From Macrostomum hystrix (lineage: Eukaryota > Animalia > Platyhelminthes), in assembly GCA_950097015.1 (NCBI GenBank), contig CATNEN010000037.1, forward strand, positions 3,100,001 to 3,164,000: a DNA stretch of 64,000 bases. Direction: 5' to 3'. This document shows, one piece after another, positions 36,382 to 48,302 of this stretch. A program made the position numbers and the translations under genes. Position 1 is the stretch's first letter, and each line of letters opens with the position of its first letter. The notes beneath the pieces are model-generated. The model was not told the origin of the DNA and did not search any database. It saw only the letters and a list, made by a program, of their open reading frames with translations.

Positions 36382-39300
36382 TCAGTGGTTGTCGATGATG
36401 TGGCGCTGGGCGCCAAACGACATGCCGCTTTGGCTGGCCACCTGGCCCTGGCTGGGGCCCATCTGCAGGCCGATGACAGCGGCGCCCTCCCGGCTGCCCT
36501 CGCCGACGCGAACGTCGGCAATGTGGCGAATAGCACCGAAGCTCATGCCGCTCTGATTGGCTGCCTGCTTCTGGCCCAGGCCCATCTGCAGGCCAATCAC
36601 AGCCGAGCCCTCTGGCGTCATCTGATCGCAACTAAAGCAAAGAAAAATCAGTACTACTATTAGTAGCATCGCAGGGTTTTTTAGCCTAGTGGTAACACCG
36701 TTGGAACGAAGGTCCGGGGTTCGCTCCCGACTCCACCGGAACAATCTGTGTCCTTTTAGTGGACACTTAACTAAACTTCAATTCGCTCAGCTAATAGATA
36801 GTTGCCAAAATTGAGGGTCGGAGTGGCTTCCCCCAGTCCATGGACTGAACAGCTGCACGCAGCCTTCAGATGCGCCACGCAATAGCTGCGGCTGTGCTGT
36901 TTTGCCCTTGTTGGGGGCAGGTGAAATAAAAACAGGCCGGTGGCTCACCGAATGTCCGCAATGTGGCGCTGAGCACCGATGCTCATGCCGGCCTGGCTGG
37001 CGCACTTGTTGGTGCCCATCTGCAGGCCGATGACGGCGCTGCCCTCCGGGGTCATGTTGTCGCAGCGGATGTCGGCGATGTGTCGCTGGCCGCCCATCGA
37101 CATGCCTGAAGGAACAAACGACGTTCTTTCTCACCCTCCCTGCATCTTCTGACCTTTCTCACCCTCCCTGCATCTTCTGACCTTTCTCACCCTCCCTGCA
37201 TCTTCTGACCTTTCTCACCCTCCCTGCATCTTCTGACCTTTCTCACCCTCCCTGCATCTTCTGACCTTTCTCACCCTCCCTGCATCTTCTGACCTTTCTC
37301 ACCCTCCCTTCCTCTTCCGCACTTCCTCACTCCCTACCTTTCTCTCCCACTTTCCATTTTCCGATCCCAGAAAGTGGTGCCACACAAGAAAAGTGCAAGG
37401 CAGGTTACTCACCCTTCTGGCTGGCGCACTTGTTGGTGCCCATCTGCAGGCCGATGACGGCGCTGCCCTCGGGGGTCATATCGTCGCATCGGATGTCGGC
37501 GATGTGTCGCTGGCCGCCCATCGACATGCCTAGCGGATATGTTGATGTGATTGGCAATTTTGGCAACAGGATTTATTATTAGAGAAGCGAAAGTTATTTA
37601 ATCATAAAGCATAAATCCCAGACAAAGATCACAAAGTCTGGCTAACCAGACTTAAGTAGTCCTTGATCCTTGATCCCAGATCCGATATGCGAGATCCCAG
37701 GTCCCAGAACCCATATCCGATATTCCATATCCCAGATCCCATATCCCATATCCCATATCCCTGATCCCAGATCCCAGATCCCATATCCCAGATCCCATAT
37801 CCCAGATCCCATATCCCAGATCCCATATCCCAGACCCCAGATCCCAGATCCCAGATCCCATATCCCAGACCCTATATCCCAGATCCCATATCCAAGTTCC
37901 CATATCCCATATCCCAAATCCCAAATCCCATATCCCAGATCCCATATCCTAGATCCCTGATCCCATATCCTAGATCACTGATCCCATATCTCAGATCCTA
38001 GATTCTCGATCCAAAGTTAAAAATCAATTCTTATATCCCATATTCCAAATCACAACCAGAGTAGCTGACCTTTCTGGCTGGCGCACTTGTTGGTGCCGGC
38101 CTGCAGTCCGATGATGCCCTCGGAGGCACGCAGCTGCTCGTTGGTGAACTGGCGCTCGTTACGGTAGGTTGGGCGAGGGCCGCACACCGGGCCGCGCATG
38201 CCGTGACGCTGGCACTGGAAGTTGATATAGGGAGCGGATGTAGGGAGCGGATGTAGGGAGCGGATGTAGGGAGCGGATGTAGGGAACCGATGTAGGTAGC
38301 GGGTGTAGGGAACAGATGTAGGGAGCTGAAGTAGGGAACAGATTTAGGGAGCGGATTTAGGGAGCTGTTATAGGGAGTGGATGTAGGGAGCGGATGTAGG
38401 GAGCGGATGTAGGGGGCGGATGTAAGGAGCGGATGTAGGGAGCGGTTATGGGAAGCGGATATAGGGAGCGGATATAGAGAGCGGATGTAGGAAGCGGGTG
38501 TCGACAGCGGATGTTAGGAAGCGGGGATGCAGGGAGCGGAAGTAGGGAGCGAATATAAGGAGCGGAGATAGGGAGATGATGTAGGGAGCGGATGTCAGGA
38601 AGCAGGATGGAAGGAGCGGAACGGTCGTACAGAGCGTAATTAAGGAAGTGTGGTGTTGTAAGCAATTAGTTAAGGTAGATTGCTATGAGCATGTTTTGGG
38701 AAATAGATTAGATAAGTCGAATTTCGAATAGTTTTAGAAGCTCAATAAACATCATGGAAACTGTCCCGTAGAAATCTCACCTCAGTTCCCAGCTGCAGCA
38801 GGGTGTTCAGCACCTGAGCCATATTCCGGCCTTCGTACAGGTCAACAGTCTGGAACAAGCTAGCCTTTGGCACACCGTAGGCCAAGGAACAGTTCAAGAA
38901 AATCTGGCAAATGAAACAAAATTGAGTTATGATATTTTCAGCCATTTTTGAGCATAGTTTTTGCATCGCGAAGTTGAAGAACTCAAATGGGATTTGTGAC
39001 GTCATAATGAGTAAGATATGCGACGTCATGACTTATAAGGAGTGATGAAATCATCAGTGTGACGTCGTAGCCAATGACCATGGCAGAGAGGTGATATCAT
39101 CACCCGGCCAGTGACGTGACGTCATAGCGAGCAAGTCACCTCATTATCAGGTATCGGTGTGATAATTAGGATGTACCCTCACCAACAGGAAGTTACGAAA
39201 AGGACATCAAAACCAGCAAATGACATTTCCTGAACGCGATCCGGAGTTGTTGACATTATCGGCCAGTAACGTCATTATCGGGTGGTGACATCATTATCGG

Positions 39301-41077
39301 CAAGTGACGTCATTACCGAAAAGTGACGCCATTATCCGAGAAACGTCATTGCTAGGAAGCCTCTTCATAATACGACCATGCAAGTAGTTTTGTACACAAA
39401 GTTTAATTTAACCAAAGCAGCACCTAATCGCGTCCGCAATAGACTAATAGTAACAATCGGAATAATAATCATAACCTAGGAGTGACGAACCGAGGGATGA
39501 CGTCATACTCAAGTAATTACGCCATAATCAACTAATGCATCATTAACTGGCACGCACAACTACACATTACTACAGAAAGAATTGTCACCTCGATGTTCTC
39601 CATCTGCTTGAACGGCGCAGTCATGGTCGAAAAAACTATTGGTCGTCGAATTCGCTGGGCCTCCGGCGACAGACTCGGCGTCTGGCTGAGCACGGACTCC
39701 ATGAGCTGGATGAGCACAATGCCGCTGCGGAGGCTGTAGTACACATTCTCTCTGCCTGGCTGGATGTTTGCACCCGGCACCAGCGCGTTGATCCAGCCAA
39801 TCACTTCGCGCTCAGCCTCCGGCTCGTACTTGGCGTTCAGCTGCACAGCGGGGGGTGGCGGGTATCCAGAATGAGGCGATGAAAGGAGGATAAAAGTGAC
39901 GGATAATGGGAATATGAAGTTTGTGAATAGAGAAGATGGGATATAATAATATTTGGGTTGGTTGAAGGCGGAAGATGAAGAATATTGGGGGACGGGTAAG
40001 GCAAAGGATAGATAATATTTATTGGGGCGGGTAAGGCGAGGATAGATAATATTGGGGTTGGGCAAGGCGAGGGATAGAAAATATTGGGGTTGGGTAAGGC
40101 GAGGGATAGATAATATTGGGGTTGGGCAAGGCGAGGGATAGAAAATATTGGGGTTGGGTAAGGCGAGGGATAGATAATATAGGGGTTGGATAAGGCGAGG
40201 GATAGAAAATATTGGGGTTGGGTAAGGCGAGGGATAGATAATATAGGGGTTGGATAAGGCGAGGGATAGAAAATATAGGGGTTATGTAAGGCGGGGGATA
40301 GATAATATAGGGGTTGGATAAGGCGAGGGATAGAAAATATTGGGGTTGGGTAAGGCGAGGGATAGAGAATATTAGGGTTGGGTAAGGCTGGGGATAGATA
40401 ATATAGGGCTTGGGTGAGGCGAGGGATAGAGAATATTGGGGTTGGGCAAGGCGAGGGATAGAAAATATTGGGGTTGGGCAAGGCGAGGGATAGAAAATAT
40501 TGGGGTTGGATAAGACGAGGGATAGAAAATATTGGGGTTGGGTAAGGCGAGGGATAGATAATATTGGGGTTGGATAAGGCGAGGGATAGAAAATATAGGG
40601 GTTATGTAAGGCGGGGGATAGATAATATAGGGGTTGGGTATGGCGGGGGATAGAGAATATTGGGGTTGGATAAGGCGGGGGATAGAGAATATTGGGGTTG
40701 GGTAAGGCGGGGGATAGAGAATATTAGGGTTGGGTAAGGCGGGGGATAGAGAATATTAGGGTTGGGTAAGGCTGGGGATAGATAATATAGGGCTTGGGTG
40801 AGGCGAGGGATAGAGAATATTTGGGTTGGGTAAGGCGGGGGATAGAAAATATTTGGGTTGGGTAAGGCGGGGATATTAGGAGGAGGAAATGGCTTGGGAC
40901 AGAATTGATTGACTGATGATGGAATGGTTGGAGAGCATGCAAGTTTTCTGCTTGTTTATCTGAATTTCAAATTTTTTTTAGATGACACGCTCGTAAGTAA
41001 AGTAAACAAATAATATAGCAGGTCACCTTTCTGTTGATCACGACATCCATTCCATAGTCCTGAACGCGGTTGGCCAT
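36382..41077 (-). CDS. Calponin family protein (CH domain plus 5 calponin/CLIK repeats). Exons 41027-41077, 39589-39840, 38781-38903, 38070-38214, 37413-37529, 36949-37105, 36382-36631
   Basis: MANRVQDYGMDVVINRK/LNAKYEPEAEREVIGWINAL...APFKQMENIE/IFL...LFQTVDLYEGRNMAQV (CH domain), followed by repeated IGLQMGTNKCASQxGM motifs. All junctions are GT-AG with matching phases, ending IIDNH-TGA. Confidence 0.93.
36680..36900 (+). mobile_element. SINE family 1 copy, antisense within calponin intron 6
   Basis: tagcctagtgg...ggttcgctcccgactcc...gtgtcctttt...cagtccatggactgaacagc. Confidence 0.75.
37120..37300. repeat. Intronic minisatellite, 28-bp unit (ttctcaccctccctgcatcttctgacct)
   Basis: Read directly; calponin intron 5. 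Confidence 0.9.
37660..38000. repeat. Intronic 7-bp tandem repeat (atcccag/atcccat)
   Basis: Read directly; calponin intron 4. Confidence 0.9.
38225..38620. repeat. Intronic 14-bp tandem repeat (gggagcggatgtag)
   Basis: Read directly; calponin intron 3, abutting the acceptor region. Confidence 0.9.
39990..40880. repeat. Intronic minisatellite, 32-bp unit (ggggttgggtaaggcgagggatagataatatt)
   Basis: Read directly; calponin intron 1. Confidence 0.93.
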
Positions 41078-42079
41078 GACGCTTGTTCTAGTCGGTGAGA
41101 TTCGTCGAAAGAAAGCTATTAAATTGACAAAGATTTCTCAAGATTGAATATCGAAAGGCAAAAATATTCAAACGCGAGACTGGGAAAAGAACGAGGCTGC
41201 AGTAGCGGATTCAAGCAAGGCAGTTTGGGCTAAAGGCCAGACTAAGTCAAGCGAAGGTTGGTCGTCAATAAAAGACTAGTTCGCTAGGAGCGAAAGTCGG
41301 ATTGAGGAATAAGCCAATAGGCTGAACGGGGTTGGCTAAAATATTGCACGCAGAGGATATGGAACATACCTGACGTGGGGGTTGTAGGGGATGCGCGCGC
41401 ACAGTTTGGGGCTGGCTGAACTGTGGCAATAAACGATCGATCCAGAAATGCTGCGTTTCACCTTCGCTGTGGAAGCCAGACTGTGGAAGATTTACGTATT
41501 CAGCGGCCTAGCGCATTCCATTTTTGGGCATCGCTCCACCCCCCCCAAGGTACACCCTTCGGTAGATTCGCTACGAAAATGTCAGCTCTTTCAGGGAATG
41601 CAGAGGGGAAGAGAGGATAAGATTCTTGGCTTGCAGCCTGCCAGATCAAGATCCCGCAGTACCTATTCATTCCCAGATAGTCTGTCTCGCAATGCATCGT
41701 CCCTAAAGCAATTTACTCTCTTTTCCCAATGCCGCAGTGTTTATGTCGACTGATTTACAATTGGCGATGGAGGTTCCAAAAACTCCAAATTGATGTCCGA
41801 AATGGCAGCCCCTTTATTTAATCTGCGAGTTTGCCATTCCTAACGACAAATGATGCACTATAATTCCTGTTTGCGACTTTGTTGGACGAGATAATGGTGA
41901 ATTTATTCAGGATTAATTGTGTCCAATTGGGTCAAAATCAAAGCGAATACAAGCATGTTTACTCAACTAATTCTTTCACCAATAGACACATTTTGGCCAT
42001 TTTGAAGAAGTTCGTGTGAGTTAAGCTCGACGCCAATCACTCCAGTATCTATGGCTGATGGCCTTTAAATATTTGCTTA

Positions 42080-42505
42080 TTTATGGCCTGCCCCATACAT
42101 TCCGAATCTCTGGGTGTCTATGGCCTGCCCCATACATTCCGTATCTCTGGGTGTCTATGGCCTGCCCCGTACATTCCGAATCTCTGGGTGTCTATGGCCT
42201 GCCCCATACATTCCGAATCTCTGGGTGTCTATGGCCTGCCCCATACATTCCGTATCTCTGGGTGTCTATGGCCTGCCCCGTACATTCCGAATCTCTGGGT
42301 GTCTATGGCCTGCCCCATACATTCCGAATCTCTGGGTGTCTATGGCCTGCCCCATACATTCCGTATCTCTGGGTGTCTATGGCCTGCCCCATACATTCCG
42401 TATCTCTGGGTGTCTATGGCCTGCCCCATACATTCCGAATCTCTGGGTGTCTATGGCCTGCCCCATACATTCCGAATCTCTGGGTGTCTATGGCCTGCCC
42501 CATAC
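42080..42505. repeat. Minisatellite, 37-bp unit (gtctatggcctgccccatacattccgaatctctgggt)
   Basis: Read directly; about 11 copies. Confidence 0.95.
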
Positions 42506-42546
42506 AGACGTACAATCGCTTAAGTGTATAGTGACAATCATCTGCA

Positions 42547-42830
42547 GAAGACGAAGAGTTTGTGCTGGACACTGATGCCTCGGGCGTGGCCATCTCCGGA
42601 GTTCTGCAAGAACGCCGTAGAGGTACCACTCAGGTAGCCGCTTACGGCAGCCGTTCTTTGTCTAAGGCAGAGAGAAACTACTGCACGACGAGACGGGAGC
42701 TGCTGGCTGTGGTGCGTTTCGTCGGCCACTATCGCAGCTACTTGCTCGGAAAAAGGTTCACCCTGCGAACTGACCATGCCTCGCTTTCGGGATCCTGATC
42801 GTCAGCTTGCACGATTGCTGGACAAGTTGA
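42547..42830 (+). mobile_element. Ty3/gypsy RNase H fragment (relic)
   Basis: EFVLDTDASGVAISGVLQ...AYGSRSLSKAERNYCTTRRELLAVV...FTLRTDHASL is canonical gypsy RNase H; truncated on both sides. Confidence 0.9.
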
Positions 42831-43464
42831 GCGAGTTTGACTTAAGCGCCGTCGTTGGCACCCCTGCTGGCGTCCCCGTTGGAACCACCGTTGGCGCGCG
42901 CGTTGGTCTACCCCTAAAGCCAGTGACTCTGCTTGTCTTACAGTAGCGGGACGATCCAAAAATGTACTTACTGAATTAGATTCAAAGTGTACCATCTGTT
43001 CTACTCAAAGTAGTCAGCAGCATTTAAATTGATACTAAAATGAGTTTTTTAATGAAAAAACATCAAATCACGAATATCAATGCCGACCCCGCTTTTCCAG
43101 CTTCTGAGTGACTGGGTCCTCCGTCTCAAGGGTCAAAATCTTCTTCTGCCCGTAGTATTAATCACTTGTAGCTTTGCTTTCACATTCGCGGGTGTCACAC
43201 CTCTATATAACTTCTTGACTGATCGGCTGGCTGGTCATTGATGGTCATAAGGCTGGTCATAAGGCTGGCATCGCTGGAGCTGTCATCTGTCCGCCCCTTG
43301 AAAGCAGTTGCTTGATTAAAAAAATTGCTTTGAAAAATTTTTAATTCGAAACATCTTCTCTCTTCAATCAATGATAATAGTCTATGGCCAATCCCCACTT
43401 TCTTCCCCATCATCTTCTCCATGCCCGATGACCACAGTTGTGGAACACCAGTCCATGCGCAAGG

Positions 43465-43790
43465 GGGTTGGTGGCAGAGCGGTTTGCCACTCGCACCAAG
43501 GTCCCTAAGTTCGATTCAACGGCGAGGCCACATTTATTTGGGGCGCAGCCGCGGAGAGAAGGCTTTGGAGGCTGGTCGTGCAATTTACGCCCTTGAGGGC
43601 CAACCTCCAAGGCACAGTGAGAGTGTACACTGCCTGACGATGAGAAAGTCAGGGCAGATGTACACACCTGTGTGAGCGTGTGCCTGCGTACAGTATCTGT
43701 GTGCGTGTGTACTCAGGAGTCAGCGAAATGGGCAGAATTTCCTGCCTCGCTGGCTGCGGGTCTAGTGTCACCAAATGGTGTTCCATTGCA
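43465..43790 (+). mobile_element. tRNA-derived SINE, family 2 copy
   Basis: Near-identical to 30993-31320. Confidence 0.8.
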
Positions 43791-45251
43791 CGCAGCCCTC
43801 TTGCAATAAAAATTATTTTTTAAGTCCATGCGAATAGTTACCAAGGACTGCTAGAAAAAGAACGGGACATTTAGTTTCTTGGAAAAAATTTTTAAGGCTG
43901 ATTTACACGAACAAATACACCACTTGGGAGATTGGAACTTTTCGCTTTTTCATATTCATTCAAGCTTCATTCATGAATAATTTGATCCTTATTTTATCCT
44001 CATCCTTATTAAAAAATCAGCAGGCCAAGCTATAGGCTAATTTGATGTCTGATTGATGATACATAAACGAAAATAGAAAGGTCTATTATTCCTGAATGAA
44101 GCTTTCTAAAATTCGTTGAAGCACTAAGTTTTGCAAGATACATAAAAAGAACAGCATTGTATCTGCTTCCTATAAAAGTGATCAACATTTTAATATGAAA
44201 AAAAGAGAAAATGTCCTATCTCGCTAGTCCATTTTTCCATGAAAATCTGCCTTCATTAAATTTTCCAGGAAACGAAGTATCCCGTCCTTCTTCTTCTAGT
44301 GGTCCTTGATAGCTACCGACTCAGCTTCTGAGTAAGGCATGAGTCCTTAGGCATGACTTGCTTGGGGGCAAATGCTCTGCCTGTTTCATCTATGAGGAAC
44401 TGATATAATAATGCAGTTTCCTATTAACTTCATTTCCTACCAAACTAGCACGGCTCTCTTATCTTCTCTAGCGTAATTAGTATACTATAAATGAAGTAGA
44501 TATATAGGTGCCCGGCAATCTCATCTAGCACTCACTCCATCAAGCCTGTGCTCCGAGCCAGTTGGGTCTCAAAAATACGTTAGCGGCTAGTTAGTTGTGG
44601 AACTGCACTGGCAGGGTCAGCAGGCAAAATATCCCATCCATAGCCTTATAATGAACGCGCCGCGCTTCCAAGTCGTTTCGAGATAAGAAATTCAACCAAA
44701 CGAGAACTGTCACACAGAGCTGAGGAGGGAGATAGAAGTTACGGCCGAGAGTAGCGCCAATGCAGGAATCCAATTTGTCAGGCAAACGAGGCGTGCTTTC
44801 CCTTCTCCCCTCTTCCTCTGTCGATACGAGCTCCACCTTCCAGGCAATTTTTTGTTCGATAGGGGCGGGTTTGGGAAGAGACGGAGGAGGAAGAAGACTG
44901 GGCGTGGAAAATTGAATCATGACTCAAATGGGGCGCGCATTTTCCTTGAAAGAGGCTGCTTGGCGAGATGCCGGCGGATGATTGAATTTCCCAACGGGCC
45001 GTCGTTGCTGCCTCGTTAGATTCAACCGGCAAACTAACTGGATATTGTGCCATTTTCCCGAAGGATAGAAGCTTCTGATTGGCTCCTCAACCTCGGGTCG
45101 GGAGGGGGAGGGCTTCCGCCTAGTCCCTTTGATAAGCAGTACCGGATCTTGACAACAGCGGAGGAGTCTTTCTGCACCTGAACGGTCAAGTGTACGAGCA
45201 TCTCAAGGCTTTGGAGCAGCCGTTCTTGTTCAGCTTTTCGATTAGGCAAGA

Positions 45252-46388
45252 ATGGAAAGCGCGAAATACTGCTACGATGAGAGTGACATCGACGAAGTGG
45301 ATGACGGCGGTAACAGTACCGACGATTACGCCATCAATGACGACGAACGAGTGAGGGAAGTTGAGGCGGGTGTCAGCGGGCCACCGGCGCCGCCGGTGCT
45401 GCAGCAGCAGCAGCAGCAGCAGCAGCAGCTTCAATCAGCGGCATCGTCCTATGCCGTGGGTATGAAAACACCGGCCACGCACCACCAAGCAGCGGGGCAC
45501 AATCGTCATCAGAAGCATTCGCAGCTGCATAATCAGCAGCAGCAGCATCCGCCCGGCAAGGAGTCGAAGCGTCTACGTTTGAATGTTAACGCCCGTGAGC
45601 GTCGCCGCATGCACGATCTGAACGACGCGCTGGACGAACTGCGGAGCGTCATACCATATGCTCACTCGCCTTCGGTGAGGCAGCGACATGCGAGCTTAAT
45701 AAAATCATCTATACTTGCAGGAGGGCTGTGGGCAATGGCACATCATTTGGTGACACTAGACCCGCAGCCAGCGTGGAGGCAATTCTGCCCATTCCGCTGA
45801 CTCCTGAGCACACACGCACATGGGTGGACATCTGACCTGACTTTTTCATAGTCGCCTGAGTTAGCCAGGGACCTGGGAAAAGTAGCAGTTACGGTTGGAC
45901 AAGGTGAGTTGGACAAAAAGCCTCACAAGCCTTTTCTTCAAAGAATTAATGTGGCCTCGATTGTAAGCGGATTCGATCTCAAGGACTTTGGCATGAGAGC
46001 CGCATTAAGTATTTTTGCCTTTCCGATCCCAGTCTCGAGACAAGGCTTGCCAATATATTGGTTCCAGGTGAGGAAGCTGTCCAAGATTGCCACGCTACTA
46101 TTAGCCAAGAACTACATCCTGATGCAGGCCAACGCGCTGGAAGAACTTCGACAAATAATCACCAACATCAACCGCCAGACTGGGGTGCTTGGCGGAGGCA
46201 GCTTGCACCAACAGACGGCGTCCTCGATGGCGGCCGCAGCCGCAGCAGCCGTTGCCGCCGCAGCCGGCGGTGCGGAGCTCGGCCAGCAGCTCATGGACTC
46301 AGCAGCGGCGGCGGCTATCGGGGTGGACGAACTCAACGGCACTGATGAAAACTGTGACGATGGCGTCGATTCGGTTCAGTCGCCGTGA
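45252..46388 (+). CDS. BHLHE22: bHLH transcription factor, bHLHe22/bHLHe23 (Beta3/Oli) type, 247 aa. Exons 45252-45674 and 46068-46388
   Basis: Spliced bHLH domain [61 protein letters not shown] matches the bHLHe22/23 consensus; phase-0 GT-AG intron. The e22 versus e23 paralogue cannot be resolved. Confidence 0.92.
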
Positions 46389-46525
46389 CGCTGAGATTTA
46401 ACTTCATGTCGACGCGAAGATGAAGCCATTGTTATCATAAAACAGTTTTTTCTTTTTCTCGACGTCGTGCAAATCTTTTTCTTATGATTATATAGCCATG
46501 TAATAAGAGAATAATTTGGCCACTA

Positions 46526-46770
46526 GGGTCGGTTGTTAGTGGGTAGTGCGCCGAACTCATGACTTTAAGGTCGGGGGTTCAATTCCCGACTCAACGGGAA
46601 ACAACTTTTGTCCTTTGGCGAGATAAGATACTTCAACTCTGCATTGCTTCAGCTCACCCAGCTGTTAAATGGGTACCAGCATTAGCTGGGGTAATTAAGG
46701 GTGAGTGTGGCGTCCCCTTCAGTCCCTGGACTAAACAGCAGTACGCAGCCTTCAGATGCGCCGCGCAATA
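46526..46770 (+). mobile_element. SINE family 1 copy
   Basis: tRNA-like head (B-box ggttcaattccc) plus the family 1 body. Confidence 0.8.
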
Positions 46771-48302
46771 GTATAAATAAAATATGGTTTAACTGCAGAA
46801 AACAAATCCCATTAGTAAAATCAAGTATTAGATGCATGGCAGGTTTAGCGAAGTTACTTTTATCAAAAATCAATTCACAGATTTTTAAACAGGAAATTAC
46901 AGTCCTCTCCTATCCTAATAAAGCTTTTTTGCATATTCCTGCAATCGAAATTTCTCTGAAAAGCTCAAAGCAATTTGTGGAAGCTACTTTAAGTAGACTT
47001 CACGCACATCTGCTGTAATTTAGCTTTTTTCGTTCTGAAATGGAAGATAAAATTAATTATGCTTGTCACTACTCATAAAACCAGGTTACATTAATAGATT
47101 TAAGAAGAAAAAAAATCGAAAAGTAAATTATGGTTCACAGATACGCATAGCTACATATTAAAATACACCACATTTTTCGACTTATGGGTTTGTGCATCTA
47201 CGACTATGAAATGTACTGTTCCTATAAGATAATGAGCCAACTATAATTTTACTAGCTTTTTGAGAAGGCCTCTGGTTTATTTCTATTTGGATTCGTTGGT
47301 AACTTGGTAATATGTGGCTAATATATATTTTTCGATACATATCGGATGGAAAATGAATGAAATATAGAAAAGCATATTTTTAATAAGAAAATAGTTTTAG
47401 TTTGCTTTAAAAAGAAAGAATGCGCAAGTAGACAGAGAAAGCACTAATAGGTTCGTTTAATTTTTATCCATCAACAGGGCAACTTTATTAGTATTAATTC
47501 TAATTAATATTAAATTCCAGCGTCGGTCAAATCCAAGGTGCAACCACTGAAAATATCGCCTTAGTAGGCCACACAAGCAAAGTCGCAGTAAGTTTACGTT
47601 TCCAGGTTAATTAAATCTGGTTTCTAAGCTGGGATACATCGGGTACGACAGAGTTTTCATGCTTTAAGTGCGAAGACAGCTAAACAAGGACACTGACCAA
47701 AGACGGACGAAAGAAGGATTTTCTATGTTTAGTCATTCAGATCGATCTAATATATCCAACGAGTTGCATAAGCTTTCATCGCATAATCTCTTACGTACTA
47801 CTTGAAGTAAAGTAGGGCGCTAAAAGCACACGCGTGCGCGAAAAAGTGCAATAAAGCAAATAATGGAAAGCTAGCAATGAAAAGCATCGTGTCTCTTTCT
47901 ATTCCTCAATTAGTTTGTCATGAAACTATTACCTATGCAAAGACCACCCTATTCTATCCCTGTGGTCTTTCTACTGTTTAGAATGTTAATCAGAGTGTTA
48001 ATTAACGGCAAACTAGGTAAATGTGCGATTGACACACGCACTAAAGTCCAGGGGGGCGCGTTAATTTATAGCTGCAGTCACGGATGTCCAAGCAAATTTA
48101 ACCCGTGAGTGCAGCCAGATTTCCAAAAGAGGAAGAAAACAAAAAACAAGCAGCTGGTACTCGTAGGGGCGCAGGCGAGCAGTGAGTTTGGTCTCGGGTC
48201 ATAAGGAAAAGCGCCAACTAAACGACAGATTAGACAAGGGGATAATCCCAGTTTCCAAGAAGTAGAAGCATTTATACTCAGTTATCGAGTTCGCAGGGTG
48301 CA

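Noticed and set aside
35567-36663. ORFs 35567..36556 and 35776..36663 as genes
   Set aside because: They are the 30-bp array plus the antisense of the last calponin exon.
46526-46600. tRNA-like sequences (also at 20011, 30993, 36680, 43465, 58380-58460) as tRNA genes
   Set aside because: They have A and B boxes, but the stems are degenerate, the anticodon region differs between copies, and each is followed by a shared SINE body.
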